A DNA stretch of 64,000 bases from Kudoa neothunni (lineage: Eukaryota; Animalia; Cnidaria). The stretch covers positions 10,363,220-10,427,219 of the forward strand of contig OZ199840.1 of the NCBI GenBank assembly GCA_964304625.1. Direction: 5' to 3'. Position numbers and translations under genes: made by a program. Of the stretch, positions 27,101 to 42,800 are shown piece after piece (the first letter of the stretch is position 1; the number at the start of each line of letters is the position of its first letter). The notes below the pieces were generated by a model. That model saw only the letters and a list, made by a program, of their open reading frames with translations. It was not told where the DNA came from and ran no database searches.

Positions 27101-28089
27101 CAATGCCTAATTTACAACTGTGTGTCACGTGGTTCACACACACATGGTAACTATCGAAAATTACATTTTTTTATTATAAAATATAAAACTTCAAGTACAA
27201 TAGTTGTCTAAAAATATCCCCAAAGTTTAAAAATGAACATTGATTGCCCATCATTACCTCAATATTTGTTTTGGACATATTAATGTTTTACAATTAATAT
27301 ATTGAAATAATGAAATTTTATTCCTCTTTCGTAATCCGTATAATTAGCTCTCGAAAAAAATGACTATTGAAAAAGTAATTTATAAAGATTTTTTTCTGAA
27401 CATTTTTTATTTAAGAAGTTCAAAAAATTTGCTACATTGCGACTTTAAAGAATTTACGGAAAAATTTAAATGATAAAATGATTAAAATGTTTTCTATAAA
27501 TAAAGAAAATCAACCAAAAAAATTATAAACTAAAAAATAATTAGTTAATTTCATTTTCCTTTTATAAAAGTTCATAGTCAATATATGAAGAAAGGTAGAG
27601 AGAGGATAAGTTATAATATGATGTGTAAAACTTATTTAGATGATTGAGCCATATAATTATATAATTTAGAAAATGAAACATTATTAAAAAAGTATGTAAT
27701 GCGTAAACTTAACTCAAGAGTCAATACGTGGGCAATAACTTAAGTTTTCATTGGTTTTTGCTAATTTAACGGAAATTCCACGTGCAACGACTAGTTGTAT
27801 TTAGGGATTAAGTAGCAAATGTAGACTTTATCATAATTAGTTGGATCTTTGTTGAAGGTATTCTTTTATTTAATAATGAACAATCACCTAAAAATAATAT
27901 AACAAAACGACGCGTAAAAGAGTGTTTTTTAAATTTTAAATTCCACTTTAATATTCTACCTAATCTCGAATTCAATTTCTCTGATCTTAGTAAATGTTTA
28001 CTGATCTAAATCTTACCAATTTCAAAAATTACTATTTATTCTTTATTAATTTAATATATTTATTATAAACAAGGCAAAACTATGATTAA

Positions 28090-29177
28090 CTCTCCCGGAA
28101 CCATGTGGAGTTATTTGTGACCACAGTTTTGGTAACTGTTTATTTTTATTAACTTAAACTTTTTATTTTAGATTAATGTGTATTGTTTAGAAATAAAAAA
28201 TTTAAAATAAATTATAGGATTTTACGGGTTAAAAATTTTGTTTAACCCCTCCGGGACCAACTCATTTGAAAACTCGTGTGTGCCCAAACTAATTAAATTA
28301 CATTAAACTCGTATGATTAAAAGTCAAAATAATAATGAACTGATTAATGATATAATAATTATGTAATTTCTTGATTGTCAATAAAAATCTAAATTTTTGT
28401 GATTTGGTAGTTCACGAAGGTTACATTTGAATGAGCACATTATAAACTTTGAAGTGTGCATATATTGTTAATACATGCAAAATTTAATTTTCTATTAAAA
28501 CTAAAGACATTATAGAATCAATAATTAGAAAGTAAATGAGGCATAATATTACACAACACTTGGACGTTTTATCGGTAACACTCCTCTGCCACATGACGGT
28601 GAAGCACTGATCTTAAGATTAAGAAGTTTAACATATCTTTTAAATTAAACAAATTTTTTTGTTTTTAAGTGTACTTTTTTGTTCAAAATTAAATATCCAT
28701 TTATATCAAGGGCTATAAATAGTCGTGACCCAAATCAAATGATCAGAAAAACATTGAACCGTTATCGACATGCTCATGTAAATAATCAGTACCACCTGAT
28801 GATTGGTCATCGCATTTCTCAATGTCATAACACATGCATCCATACTTTCCAAGTCTGATTCAGACATGTTATATTCAGATATTTCCTCAACCGCAAAATA
28901 ATCACCAATGTAATCTTCATCACTATTTTAATTATTTTTTTCGTTATTTTCATTCACATGTAATGTTTAAACGAAATATATTTTTTAATATTTAACTAAA
29001 ATTGCTATTTATAAAATAAATAATTGAGGTTAAGAACATTTATAATTACATGCAATCGAAATATTGTGTTTTATGCGTATTATAAAAATTTTAACATCAA
29101 CAAAAGCCGATTTTTAGATTTGTGATCAAAAAGACGTATCTTAGGGTCTCGACAGACCCTGCTTGGCCCAGTAAAGG
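28090..29177 (-). mobile_element. Non-autonomous piggyBac-type element with duplicated left end
   Basis: TTAA|CTCTCCCGGAACCA and TTAA|CCCCTCCGGGACCA left ends; TGGCCCAGTAAAGG|TTAA right end; acidic N-terminal and Cys-rich C-terminal remnants. Confidence 0.6.
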
Positions 29178-31359
29178 TTAATGTTACGTAACATTGATGT
29201 ATGTTGCATAAAACTGTTTTATATGGTTGCATCAGGTATATTTAATTGATATGATAGGATAAATGGTCATATCAATTTATACTGTCACGACTAAACCGGA
29301 GAATATTGTTATTTGTTATAACTTATAAGATTCCAAAAGTGGAATAAAATTGAAGAAATTGGTCCCTCTATTATTGTCGTATAGGTTATTGCGCGTTGAA
29401 AACCGAACAGGTTGCCTGATGTGCTTTTAAAGTATATATTTTTTCTATGAATTAAATTTAAATTGTAGTAATTGAAAAGATGGCCAAATTTCAACGTTTA
29501 CCCCTCTTTCCATAAACCTATAGAGTTGTAGTTTATGTTAAACGTTTTATTGATTTAATAATAAGTGAAATTAAGCTAGGCTATTTTCTTATAGCAGCTA
29601 TTGAAACAATTCAAACCATGTTGAAATAATTAAACTTTGAATCATATTTATATTTCGTTTAAAAATATTTTCACTCATAATTCAAATAAATTCATCCTTA
29701 ATTATTTAGATCCAACAGTATTCTTTATTTCTCAAGATGTGTTGTAAACATACCTTAGTGTATAATCAATAATAAATGATCGAACTTCACCGGAGGTACC
29801 ATCTGTTAGTGCCATGGCCAAGCAGCCTAACATTATTATTATTATTATTAAAAGTAGCGTAGAAGCTTCTATTTTGTTACATTTAGTTCAAACAAAACCG
29901 AAATACTTATATCTATTACAGCCAACATTTGAAGTTTTGTTTGGATAAGTTTAATTAGTAATGCCTCCCGAAATGATTACGATATTTTTAATAAATTCGC
30001 TTGTTGCCTGATTATTTTAAACATATATTAATATGCTCAAATGATTAACTAATCTTTCGGTCGAAAGTTACAATTAGATTCAAACATTACGCAGATCCTA
30101 CGACACAAAACATATAATTCTCAATATGGTATTTAAATTCTCAATTTTGAGGGAAAAGTATCTCAATGTTCTAAACCCTTAATACCAAAGTGTGAGAATG
30201 ACAAGAACACGAAAGAATAGCATTAGTTCATGCATGTACACACACGAATCACGAACTAGTTTAGAATTTGAAAAATTTGGCCACGAGCACGATCAAACGT
30301 AACTATCGCAAAGGGAAGGACACCGTCTGGCTCGAATGCTAGACAGCCTTGGGGTAAACTCTTGAAATTCTTGATAGAATGCTCCAAAAAATTAATTAAA
30401 CTAAAAATTTTCTTAGGATAATCCTTTGTTATGTATAAAATTCTAGCTTTTAGATTACAACTTTCAGACTTATCTGATTAAATACATGAAAATTCTGGAT
30501 GCCACAGCGAGATCTCTAAATATCATAATATGTATTGAAGTTAATATAGATTTATATCCTGGTTAAGATACATTTTTTCTTCAAAACAATTTATATATAC
30601 AACATCTTAAGAAAATACTGAAAACTTTGTCTATAAATTTGACGTTACGTTATATCGTTAGCTTAGTGTAATCAGATTATTTTGGGGGAAAAGTACTTGA
30701 AAGATTATTCAAATTAAGGTTAAAATTTAATCAGCGTTTTGTGTGACTTTAAAATAAATGCTTTATAAATTCAAAAAAACTTGTCGACCATAATCTTTGT
30801 ACTTGGAGATATATCTCCAGCTGGAGGAAAACTATTAATTATTTTTCCAAAAAATCTTTGTCTAATCTATTAAGCGTAGTACTGACAAAAATAAATTTTT
30901 TTAAATTGGTTTCAAGAGTAATGAAGCGAAAATATTAATCACCTCTCCTTGTAAGCTAATGTCATAATTAGGAACACTTATGTGGATGCATAATGTTTGC
31001 GTAAGTTTATTTGTTTGAATCGATCAGCTTAATAGTGATTAGATTATTACTCAAAACATGATTTTTATTATTATTTATTGAAGTTAAAGTATGATTACGA
31101 TCGTTATATATCAAGTTAAAACATAATAAGGCCAATAAATTTACTACGAAATTATTAAATAAAAATAGATGGATTATTTCAATGTATCATTATAATACCA
31201 ACGAACAGTTACATCTGTTAAAATAATGAGTGAAAAATAGTTATTTTCAGAGAGAAACGGAGTAAATGATCTTAATTGTTATTTGGTACATCAACAAAAA
31301 ATACTTATTTTTAAACGAATAATTGATTAACACGAGCTAATCCTTCCTTGTGAATAAAG

Positions 31360-33644
31360 ATGGACGTCGAAGAGGACGCTATAGAAGTAACCAACTAGAT
31401 AACTAATGACGTTTTTAGTTAATTTCCCAAAAAAGTTCGTAAAAGTAGAGAAAGAAAAATCTAGTGGCATATTTATGACTTCTATGAATATAACCAATAC
31501 TATTATTGGTTCAGGCATTATCAGTATGTCGGTTGCCTGTGGATGATAGTTTCTAATCTTAAAATAGCACTACCCATGAGTTTCCAGTGGGGAGGTGCTA
31601 CACTTGCACTAATGTTGACGTCAGTAGTTGGAGCTCTCACAGGTTAATTTTATTTACAAATTCTTAATCTCTTACTTGAAAGTTATTTACTTTTTGAATT
31701 TTTATCAAATATTTTTCAAAATGTAATTTTATGAAATATTTGAACAATAGCCAATAATATGCGCGTAAATTTGTAACAAACCAAATAATTTATAAATTTA
31801 TATTCATTACAATGGGGAAATTGAAGGAATATTACAAAATACACTATTTTTTTCTATAATAGCTAACATTTTTTTGTATTAACTATAAAAATAATCAGTA
31901 TTTGCTTTGAATAATAAAATAAATTATAATTGATTGAAATTATGCCATTTTTAGACTATTCAATTGTCAGCATGGGAAGAACGATGGACTCAACCAACGC
32001 TTTAACCTATCAAGTTATTGTGAATTAGCTGAACGAAACTGTCAAAAGAAAATATAGGGTATGATGTTGGATACTCTTGGAAAATTTGGGTACATCTCTC
32101 TTATAATTTGCCAAGCCATATACCCTATATTCTGTAATTGATTATGGATGGTAATAAATTATTAAATTCCTTTATAAATAGCAATTTTAAGCTATGGCAT
32201 TCTTATGGTTGGTAATCTAAAGGATATATTCAAATTTCTAGGTGACTAGTTGTTAGTTTAAAATTAAAACTTTTAATATTAAGCGCCCAAATACACAATA
32301 CTCCAAAATAATTATGTTCTGCTATCTGTGCCTGTGTATTTGATTATATTCCCAGTTTCATCTTTCCGAAATATTTCATTTCTTGATAAGGTAGCTGATT
32401 ATTTACAATTTTATTGTATAATTCTTCTTTATTAGTTTTCGCTGCTTTCTGTATTACTTGTTGTGTATTACGTTTGTGTGATAATCTCTCAAGCAGCCTT
32501 CTATCCCCAGAAAATGTATTATTATCAAAAAATTTGTTAAATGATTTTCTTTAGAATAATGTTCGAAGGATTTATGAGTGCTGTGAAACCTGCATTCGTT
32601 CAAACAATATCTTTCCTGTCTTTCAGTATTATTTGCTCATATTTATTTACGATAGTTAATCATGTTTCCATTTTGTTATGTTAAGGTTTTGCCTGTCAAC
32701 AAGCCGTCCCATCTATTTACACGAGTTTAAGCAACAAAAGCGCTAAACGATTTTCCATCACCACGCATCTTGCGTGTATTTTCACCTTGGTCTTTTATTC
32801 GTTTATTGGCTTCACTGGATTCGCCACATTTGCCGGCCAAGTGAATAATTGTACTCCTAATAACTCTTTAAGCGGATCTCCTAATTAATTTATAGCCAAT
32901 ATCATCCAAGCATACTGCCCTGAAAACATAGTTATGACCTCAGCCAGAATAGCATTTATTATCACTCTTATACTCACTAGCCCATGTCAAATTTTTGCTA
33001 GCCGCGAAGTATTAATAGTTCTTGTTATGCGTTATTAAAATCTGAAATATTATAGGCTATTATTACACCAATTTTTGGAAGATTCAAATTCAGGTGGTCC
33101 ATCCATATTGGAGTGACATTCTTGCTCTGCTCATTAATGTTTCTTATCGCTTCTCACGTCAGCGATCTTGGTACCGTGGTTGCTATATCGGTAGGCTTTA
33201 ATTTGTTTTATAGTAGTTAACCACTTTTTAGGGTTCACTTATTGGGGCACCTATAAGTATTATTGATTCATAAATATTTGATTTCACTATTTGCATTTGT
33301 TTTAAATTCATTTTCTCTACTGATAAAAATTATACCATCTTAATCGCTTATTAAATTTTAGATTTTTTATATAAATTTATTAAGGTTTCATTCTTCCAGC
33401 TCTTGGCTACTTATCTAGTTTACGATCTGGATGGATCCCCAATAGTGCTTCTAAAATTGGATGTTACATTGTTATTATTTTTGGCGTTGTTTCCTGTATC
33501 CTGGGCACCTGGATGGCAGTGAAATATTCCGGAGCAAATATGGAAGCCAAGTATTGGTGTGATTCTTGTATTGAAAAATACATTACACCTGATGATCTTC
33601 AAAACCGTATTAATGCTGAATTTTTGAAGATGTGGTCTTCATAG
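31360..33644 (+). CDS. SLC38A11: Sodium-coupled neutral amino acid transporter, SLC38A11-like, ~13 exons
   Basis: Spliced motifs NITNTIIGSGIITLP, TDYSIV, TYQGMMLDTLGKFGY, QAIYPIF, SFSFACQQ, IGFTGFATF and FILPALGYL; continuous frame from ATG 31360 to TAG 33644. Confidence 0.85.
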
Positions 33645-34059
33645 TTGATTTGTACCACTACAATAATGAAATTGATTCTAACTTTATTACCCAGAATAAT
33701 TCGTTTATTTTGTAGCTACTGCTGCTTAGTCGTCTACTTAAATTATTGAATTTGTTCTTTTTAACTGCGCATAAAATTATATATTATCTAGTCTCCATAC
33801 ACAACGGAATCACTTATTGACTAATCCTACTTGATTTTCTTATTAAATGTCTGTTATATTTATGTAGTTTTCATTTAATCCTAATAATAAAATTACCTTA
33901 TTTTATGTAATTTTGAATACACAAACAATTTCAAAAGTTTAATATAATATAGATTGATAACATTTCGTTAATATATTTATCAAAAAATTAAGGTTTAAAT
34001 AATATATCGAGTTTGACAATTTTTAATGTAATAAATCAGGCGAATGAGAGTTTAACGCA

Positions 34060-36000
34060 CGTTTGCTTGGCACAATTAGTTGAGAAGAAAATTTTGAGTA
34101 TGCTTATTGGAAAATAAAATGAACTAAAAGAAAAATTGGGGGAAAATGTCTTGAACAAAATTTCACCGTAATATCTTATCTCTAAGAGGTGCATATCTGC
34201 TATTCCAAAGCAATAAAATACTCACTCTTAATAACATTTTAAAACAAAAATAAAATTTTGTGAAAATGCGGAAATTACTTGTTATTAATCTTCGATCATG
34301 TTAAGGGATTAAAACAATATTACGATCTCCATTAAAATGATCAAAGGATCATAAGTTAGTGTCGCCGGAAAAAATATATTTGAAATTATTACAAAAATTC
34401 TTACTTAGATTGAGGTAATTAATTTTTTTAATAAAAATATTTATTTTCTACTTTTTAACGCGCATGCGCCAATTTAGAAGTAACCTGACTGAACTAATTC
34501 AACATATTTATTGACTCTCTGGAAAATTTCATGAAACGGGCTGCATAATATAGTCGGAATAATATATTAATTAACCGATTCCTAAGCTTATTAAGATACA
34601 TTTTTTAGAAATTTAAACTTCCTTCAGATCTAATTATTATGCCGCGCGTTGAGTCTTATTTTTATCTTTGATAGTCGCTAAAAAAATTTGTTGTTCTTAA
34701 AGAATTCATAAAATTTAAGTCAAAATATAAATGTACTTAAAATGCTAAAATCCTTAACGTTAGAGTATATTGAGGTTATAAATTAATTGAATAATTATGA
34801 AAATATTAATTTCACCTCATAAGATATAACGAAGACTATTTTATTTAATAAATTTCCATGAATATGTTGTATAACAATAGCGTTAAAAAAATTACGGTGT
34901 TTTTAGAATTTTGTGAAATGATGATATATAGTGAGAATTTATGTAGGAATATTCATTATCCACATTGATTGTGAGAAACATGCTATTTAATATATTATAT
35001 TTGAATTTGGTCGGAGAAATGACAAGAATAATGTATTTTATGTAATCATAAATTATGCGTCGTTTAATTGCATATGATGGCGTACAGTTAAGTTTTTTTG
35101 TTACCGATTAACAAATAATAACATAGAACAATTATTTTAAAGCTCAAATAACACCGTTAAATTGAAAAACACCGAATAAAATTGGCGTCTAATCAAAAAC
35201 CGTGGAACATTTTAACGTTAATCAGGATTATCTAATTCCATTTTAGAAAATTAACAAATTCTGATTATACAATGAACATAATTTTGTAACGTCAAGGAAG
35301 AATGTGAGAATAAATTTAAATATCACAAAATTAATGATTAAATCAAAGAATTGATATAATAGCTTGGGTCAACACTTTTGAACTCAGTCAGGATATTGTC
35401 ATTGACGAGTCTGATAAATTTAAAATTTAAGAAAAAATAATTATTTATGGATTATTTAATTTATATGAATATTTGAAATGATTCATTGTGAAACGCAAAA
35501 GATTCTTGGCACGTCTAAAAGTCCGAGTCAGATAATTATAGAAGCTTAAAAAATCCGCCTAAAACTTTACTAAACGTCAAAAAATACAAGAGTTGTTAAT
35601 TAAGACTAATGTCGCCTCTGATACAAGCAGAATATGTACGCAATTTTGAAAAAATTAAAAGACGTTCTTTTTAACCTTTTAAGTACAATTTTTTTTATTT
35701 GAGACTAAAAATAATATATTACGTACAAATAGTTAGTTAAAATTATTTAAAAAAATTTTATTCGTCATCATCATCAAATTACAAGAAAAGATGGAAATTA
35801 AATAAAAATCCAATTGTTGGAGATCACGACCACGTAAAAATTTCCTGCTGTTTTTAATATGCACTGAGAATTTATTTTACATTTGATTTGTAAATAATGG
35901 CCTAATATTACAAATAGGATTACATCAATCAATTTTTATGTGCATGCATGCCAATTATGATGCCAAATTCTAATTTTTCAAATTATTCCATATCTTATAA
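34060..36000 (+). mobile_element. Possible highly decayed Maverick/Polinton pPolB remnant
   Basis: Short motifs only: IVGDHDHV (endonuclease VII-like DHDH) at about 35815 followed by ..H.NYDAKF (HNxxxYD exonuclease-like); no long ORF. Confidence 0.3.
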
Positions 36001-36835
36001 TTTTTACAGGCAAACCTTTTAAATATCCTAATACAACAGATTTAGTTTTAATACATATATTTTTTACCTGAAGTTGATATATAATTATACATAATGATTT
36101 ATCAGATAATACACAATAAAAATCCTTGTAGAACATTTTTATATTAATTTTCCAATTTTTAAATATATATATGAATATTTTATAATTATGAAAAATTATT
36201 TTTTAACATAAACCTTTTTAGGATTTTAGTTTATTAGGCCCAATGATATCATTAAAATAAGGTTAAAAATTATTAGTATTTATTTACTTTTCGTCTCCAT
36301 AATCAGTGCAACGAACGCTCAATATTCTTTTATTTATAATTTGTTTCTATGCATGGAAAATATAAAAAACATTGTGGAGTGTTTTTTGTAAATTCAATAA
36401 ATTTAAATGTAACATTTATATTGAATTAGTTCAAATACAACTCATCATTACCTAATATCAGTATTTTTCAATACTTCCAGTATAAAAGAATAATTAATTC
36501 AAATGATAACTTGTTTTGTTTAGTTATAAAAATAAGTATTTAAATATTCAATATATTGTTGTATATAGATAAAATAGAAATATTCTTATTGGTAATATTT
36601 TTCTCATGTAATAAATAAATAAAATGTAACAAGTAATATTTAAAAAACATAATATTTTATGTTAAGGCATAATAACTAATTTTTCTGACGAGTAATCATA
36701 TTAGATATGAATGGCTATTGATCATTAAAGTTGAATAAGTTTAGTGTAATGAAGATTTTTGTGAAACAATTAATTAATCCGCTTTATTATTAGTTTTTAT
36801 TGTTTACCATATAACGAAGTTCTATTATCAGACAA

Positions 36836-39800
36836 ATGAGACAGAGTTATGCTGGAATATTTTTTCTCTTTATTTTCATAGGTAATATCCCCCAAAAATT
36901 ATTATTCTCAATTTCCGTTAGTTTTCCAGTCACATTATGACTTTGAAAATGATATTGATAATAATATATTGAAATTGAAATATTTGGATGAAGATAACAA
37001 ATATCATATTTCACTCTCTGGCTATAATATCGAAAATAGCCATAGAAGATGTACCCTTCAATATTATGATAACGCCGAAAACAAACTTAAGAAAATCCCT
37101 TCTTGTGACACACATATACCTAGCGCAACTGATAATGGAACAGCTAATATGTGTATTTACCACTGTAAAAAAGTTACATTGAAAATAACTTCGGGAGAAT
37201 TTAAAAAAATGAAATATTTAAAGTGGTGTCAAGGAAAAAATGACGAGGAAGCTAAAAAATGTGCCATTAAAAGAGTCTTTTCTGTCAGAGGTACTTTAAA
37301 AATTTAGAACAGATTTAATATTTCAATAGATATTTACTTAAAAAGTTATATAAACGCAACTAAAGGAATTGATGAGTTTACTGTTACAGTTAAAAGCAAA
37401 AAAAATGACGGATTTGTTTCAAAAATTGAGGGAAAAGAAGAAATTCAAGTTTCTGAAACTGAAGCGTTTTATCATGCGAATAATATAAAAATGAAGGCAA
37501 AATCACATTATTCAAAATACGTTGTCGAATTTAAAAATAATTCACCCGAAATTCAATTAAACCCCTTAAAACCAGTAGAAGATTGGTTTATTTCAAACGG
37601 ATCCAAGAAAAAGGTTGATGATAAGTATTATTATTCTTTAACTCTCCAAAATCCATTACCTTCCAAAATATGTTATTTCGGAATAAAACATATAGATGAC
37701 TCGTTGTTTTCTTCTTCGTGTTCTGAAATGAATAAAGCTGGACCATGCTTTCAACCATGCCATAGAGCAACATTAAAATATTGGAAAGATTTAAATTTTG
37801 CACAGGTAATGGTTAAGTCATATGACAACCCAACATCAAAAGAATTTATTCATGTAGTCACATGTGAGTATAATAAAAAGAATTTTTTTAACGTATAACT
37901 GTACAATTAGTTGGAAACGAAAATCCTATTGCAACGATTACAAATGATCAAGCGACTATTGATTTAACAAATTTAAATAAGAACGAAGATGATAGCAATA
38001 TTCAACATGGTTCGAAAATTGAGGAAATTAAAATAATAAAAAAATTTCTTGGAATTGGTACTGTTTGGAAATCAGCTACGTGTAATCAGGGACTTACTGG
38101 CTTCAACTCAAAAATTATTACCTCATTGGAAAAACTAACAGAATACATTCTCAGAGTTAAAATATCTGGATTAACAACGGTGGATTCTTCTGAAGTCAAT
38201 TATTATCATAGATATTTCTATTTTAAAACAAAAGGTATTTATGAATGATTACTGATAAATTAATATTTTTGAATAGGAGAAGAATTTACAGGATCTAAGG
38301 CTATTACCGTAACTACCATTCTAAATGTGCATACAAAATTATCTGTTAATCTGTCAAAACTTGCTTCTGAAGGGAGCAATAATAATAATAATGCTATATG
38401 CCAATTATACTATTCAACGACTGGAACTTATCCCCTGAAACTACCTGCCACATGCGAAAATTTGGACCAAAATCAATTATGTTCTGGGACATGCATTAGT
38501 ACTTTCACCGTTGTGAACCTTGATCCAAAAACAAGCTATAAATTTACTGTTTGCCCTGAGGGGTACACATGCTTCGAAATAGATAATGAGACAGAAAGTA
38601 ATGTTTATAGTTTTGTTTAATAATAAATATTTTTAAAAGCAACTGGTGAAACACCTACAATTGCATCTAGATATGATAGCTCAACCAAAACATCAAAAGT
38701 TACGGTAACTCTTCAAACTGGAAAATTTGAAGGTGTTTGGGGTTACTTATTAATAGAAAAAATATCGAAAATAGCAGTTATTGATTGCTTGAATTCTGGA
38801 TGCAATCCCGCAGTATCATCTAATGATTTAAGTTTTGAACTGACTAATTTTAATTCTGATCTTACATTCAGCATAGTTATGTTTAAAAAAGATTACACAA
38901 ATCCGAAGATAGCGGATATACAAAGTATTTTTTTAAAATAATAAGTATTCATATTTTTTAGGAGACAATGTGGAAAGCTCTGGCCCAATGATTCTTCGAT
39001 ACGACACGTCCGGCCAAAAATATAAAGTAAAATTTAGAGGTGGCCCAACAGCTGTAGGTAGTACACAGTGTATCGTAAAAAAGTTGAAATCAGACTTAAC
39101 CGGCTTTAAGCGTGATAGTGAAAATAATACAGAAATTAGAAAAAATTGCGATCAGCTAACGGACGAAGAGGATATTAATATTGATGCTTCACATAAGTTT
39201 AATTATGTTTCTGTTACTTATGAGCATACAGTAAATGCGGGGGCACAAAAATTAAAGTCAGGAATTCAGAAATCATTAGATTCTAAATCGATTTTGTTTC
39301 AAGAAATTAAAAGTCCTCTAATAATTTCTAAAAGAAGTATGGTTGAAAAAAGTGCAACAGATGGAATGAATAGACGAGAAGTCGAAGAAAATGATGATGT
39401 AGATAAAGGAGATAAAAAAGTGGTAGCGGAAAAGGATAGTCAACATAATTTGTTATCAAGCCTAGAACCTCAGAAGAAAACGTCTCCAGAACCAACTCCT
39501 CCGATTAAATATTTTAAGGGATTCGTCTATTCAATTTATATAGGTAAAATGTAGTCAATCTATTATTATAATTATTATATAAGATGGTTATGAAGAGATA
39601 ACGTACACCGCATCACATGTTGATGGGAATATCAAGTTAGGATTGAATAAATGTTCATTACGCTGTAGCGTATATAAAGATAATGTCAAAGATGATTCTA
39701 TAACCGAAACACAATCACCTACAGATTCCTGTACCTTTGGAAGCTACTCAATACCATTTACAGAGTTGATCGAGGATTATTCTATACATTGTCCTAATTA

Positions 39801-42800
39801 TTTTGATTTTCATTACTATTACGATAATAGTTTTGTAAAAAACCACGCTCCTATGTTTAACCGTTTTTACTATATGTTGGCTGTTGACGAGGAAAAAATA
39901 CAGTTAGACGTAAAATTAGTTAACAAAGAACCATCTGAAATATGTACATTTGAATGGATAGATACGACCACGTCATCATCTCTCCAATATTTTTCAAGTG
40001 AATGCAGTAACAAAGAAAACTGCTATTATGGTTTGTGCAGTGATATGCGTTTTGATAAAGTTGAAGCTGAAGTGAAAGCAATAAAAATACGTGTCCTCAT
40101 GCTAGGAATGTTTCCTGTTATTGGCTACCAAAATAACGTCTATTTATGTAATTATTTTTATTGAGTACCTAAATTATATTGAATTTAGTAAAACATGGAA
40201 GCGACGTGCCTGTCATAACTTCAAATAATAAGATAAAAATTGATATTAGTAATAATAATAAGAACGAAGATGATCAACTAGTTACTGATTCCAATCTCGC
40301 GGAATGTGGAATAAAAAATTGGAACATTTATGCACCCTTGGTTAGCGAAGATGAGAGGAAAAGTATCTCCATTCCAGGGTGTAATTTTGGAGCATTAGAA
40401 ATATCACCAGTTGAACCTACCTTGCCAAGTGATATTATGGTAACAATAACAAATGTTCCAAACTATAAACTAAAGAAATATTTTTACCATAAAATTAGTA
40501 AGATTTATATTATATTATAATATCTAATTATTCATTCTTTAGCTAAAGGAAATTATTTAAATATAGCTACCGAATCTGTCGGTGCTAATGCAAAAGCATT
40601 CACGCTCACTCCATATTCGACAGATACAACGATCAAATGTAGTATCTATATCAAAGAACGTAATGCAAAAGATTATTATCCTGCTACATGTGCACAAAAC
40701 AAATTATGTGTTGATAAATGCAACACTCTATTTACTATTGATGGCCTTTATTCTGGTACCAACTACGACATCAAGATTATACCTAGTGGAAGTTACGATG
40801 TTGAAATCATCGAAAATAAGCAGACATGTACATGTATCAATTTTTAAATTGACTAAATAAACTTTAGCTGGCATTGCCGTTGTATTTGAGATTTACAATG
40901 ATTTTACTAAAAATACTCTCAAAGTGAAGTCGAAAGAAAGTTTTGAAAGTCCAAGTGAAACCGACTGTTACTACCAATTATATAAGCACGAATCAGATAC
41001 AAGTAATCATTGTGTTTTGATTAACAATCAAAATGGTTTAGCTTCATTAACGACAATATCGCAGTCATGTATTGGATGCACATCGGGAAAAGAACATATG
41101 AAATGCGATAAAATAGAATTTGATTCTACTGTATATAATCATAAAAATAATTACCGGTTATTAATATATGCAAATGGAAAATCAGCCCCATTTAAGCTTG
41201 TTATACCAGGTTATTTGACAATGATTTATGTTTTGTATATTTGTATAGTATTTACAAGGATGGGAACGCTTGAACAAAAATTTATAGCAGCTACAGAACG
41301 CCACATGGAAAAATTTTCTATAACATTATCAGGATTTACAGCTAGTTATAAATGTGCCATTAAAATTTCAAAATTCGTTCTCGCTTCCACGCCTACCTTT
41401 GTCAATCCGATATGTTCATCCAATACTGTAGGAGGCGACTGTATTAAAGATTGTAATTCAAGCGACATTGAGGTTGGGCATATCAACTCAAAAGTTGATC
41501 GCTACGTTTCTATTTGTTATGGATCAGATGATAATAAAGCAAAAACTTGCAGATCACCTTCGATTTACGCTATAAAAATGAGTATTTTAAATATTTATTA
41601 TCATCCAAAATTTTGTTTTTAAATAATTACTTTTTTTAGATTACTTGCAGAAAAATACGTACAAATTAGAACATGAAAATGGAAAGATGAAATTTTCCTA
41701 CAAAACAACCTCCAAAACAGATTGGAGTGTTACTGTAGATGGTAAAGAAGATACTTTTAATGCAGAAGATAGAACTAACTTGAAACAAATAAATTATTCG
41801 GACACACCGCAGGACAAATCGGGAGTTTTTGCGATTGATAGGTTTATGGGTTTTTACAAAATTGATTCCACACTTTTATGGCCGGGATTGATTTATTATA
41901 CAAACAGCACTTTTTTAAATACAACGATCCCAATAAAGTCCCAAATAATTTATTATATTTCACATGTTGATGGAGACAACAAGAAAATTAACATAACATT
42001 CTCCCCCGGTCCTTATAATTACGAAATGTGCCATATAAAAGTTTTTGAAGTTGGTGATGATGACTCAGGTAATGAAGGTAAGGTATTGAATGAACGTGAA
42101 GATGGGCTGAATGGTTGCTATCAACTTTGCCAGGATGGAGTGATTAGTTTGACCGATCAATATAAGAAAATTGGAGTCATCGTTAAACGACAACTTGATA
42201 AGAAAGGATTCAAAGAATATTTTAAGAGTGACTGAGAATTATTTTTACAAGTTAAATTGTTTTAGATGGCGACACTGGTTTTTCTTTGGATGGAATTTCT
42301 AGTACGAGCGTAACACTCAAAGGACTGGAAGTTTATAAATCTATTAATGAACATTCAAATTCTGTCTGTACCATTTATGTTACGACGGAAAATAACGTTT
42401 CGGCTAAAAAGCGGGCTCGATGTACAGGCGGTAATTGCGGCACTAATTGCGATGCGTCATACTCCATTACTGATTTGAATCCCGGGACAAGTTACATAAT
42501 TACAGTTGCCATTACAAATATGGGTTTTAATGAAGAATATCTGAGGAAAATGAAATTTAGAACATGTATTTATAGATCAATTATAAGTTCTATTAAGTAT
42601 CTTAGCGGAAGGAACTCAGTTAGCTGTACCAGGAGCAGAGATTAAAATGGAATCAGGATTGGCTACATTAACACCATTCAGTGCTGACAATTCCTTGCCA
42701 ATTTGTAGAATTTATATAAAGGAAGAAGGCCATACATATCCAAAATATATGGCCACATGTGAGGGAATAGGAATTTGTGAAAATAGATGCGACAGCGAAT

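Noticed and set aside
32626-32685. Possible third twin intron in SLC38A11 (internal ATAG|TTAAT)
   Set aside because: A single 60-nt intron already gives the correct frame; two-step excision would frameshift.
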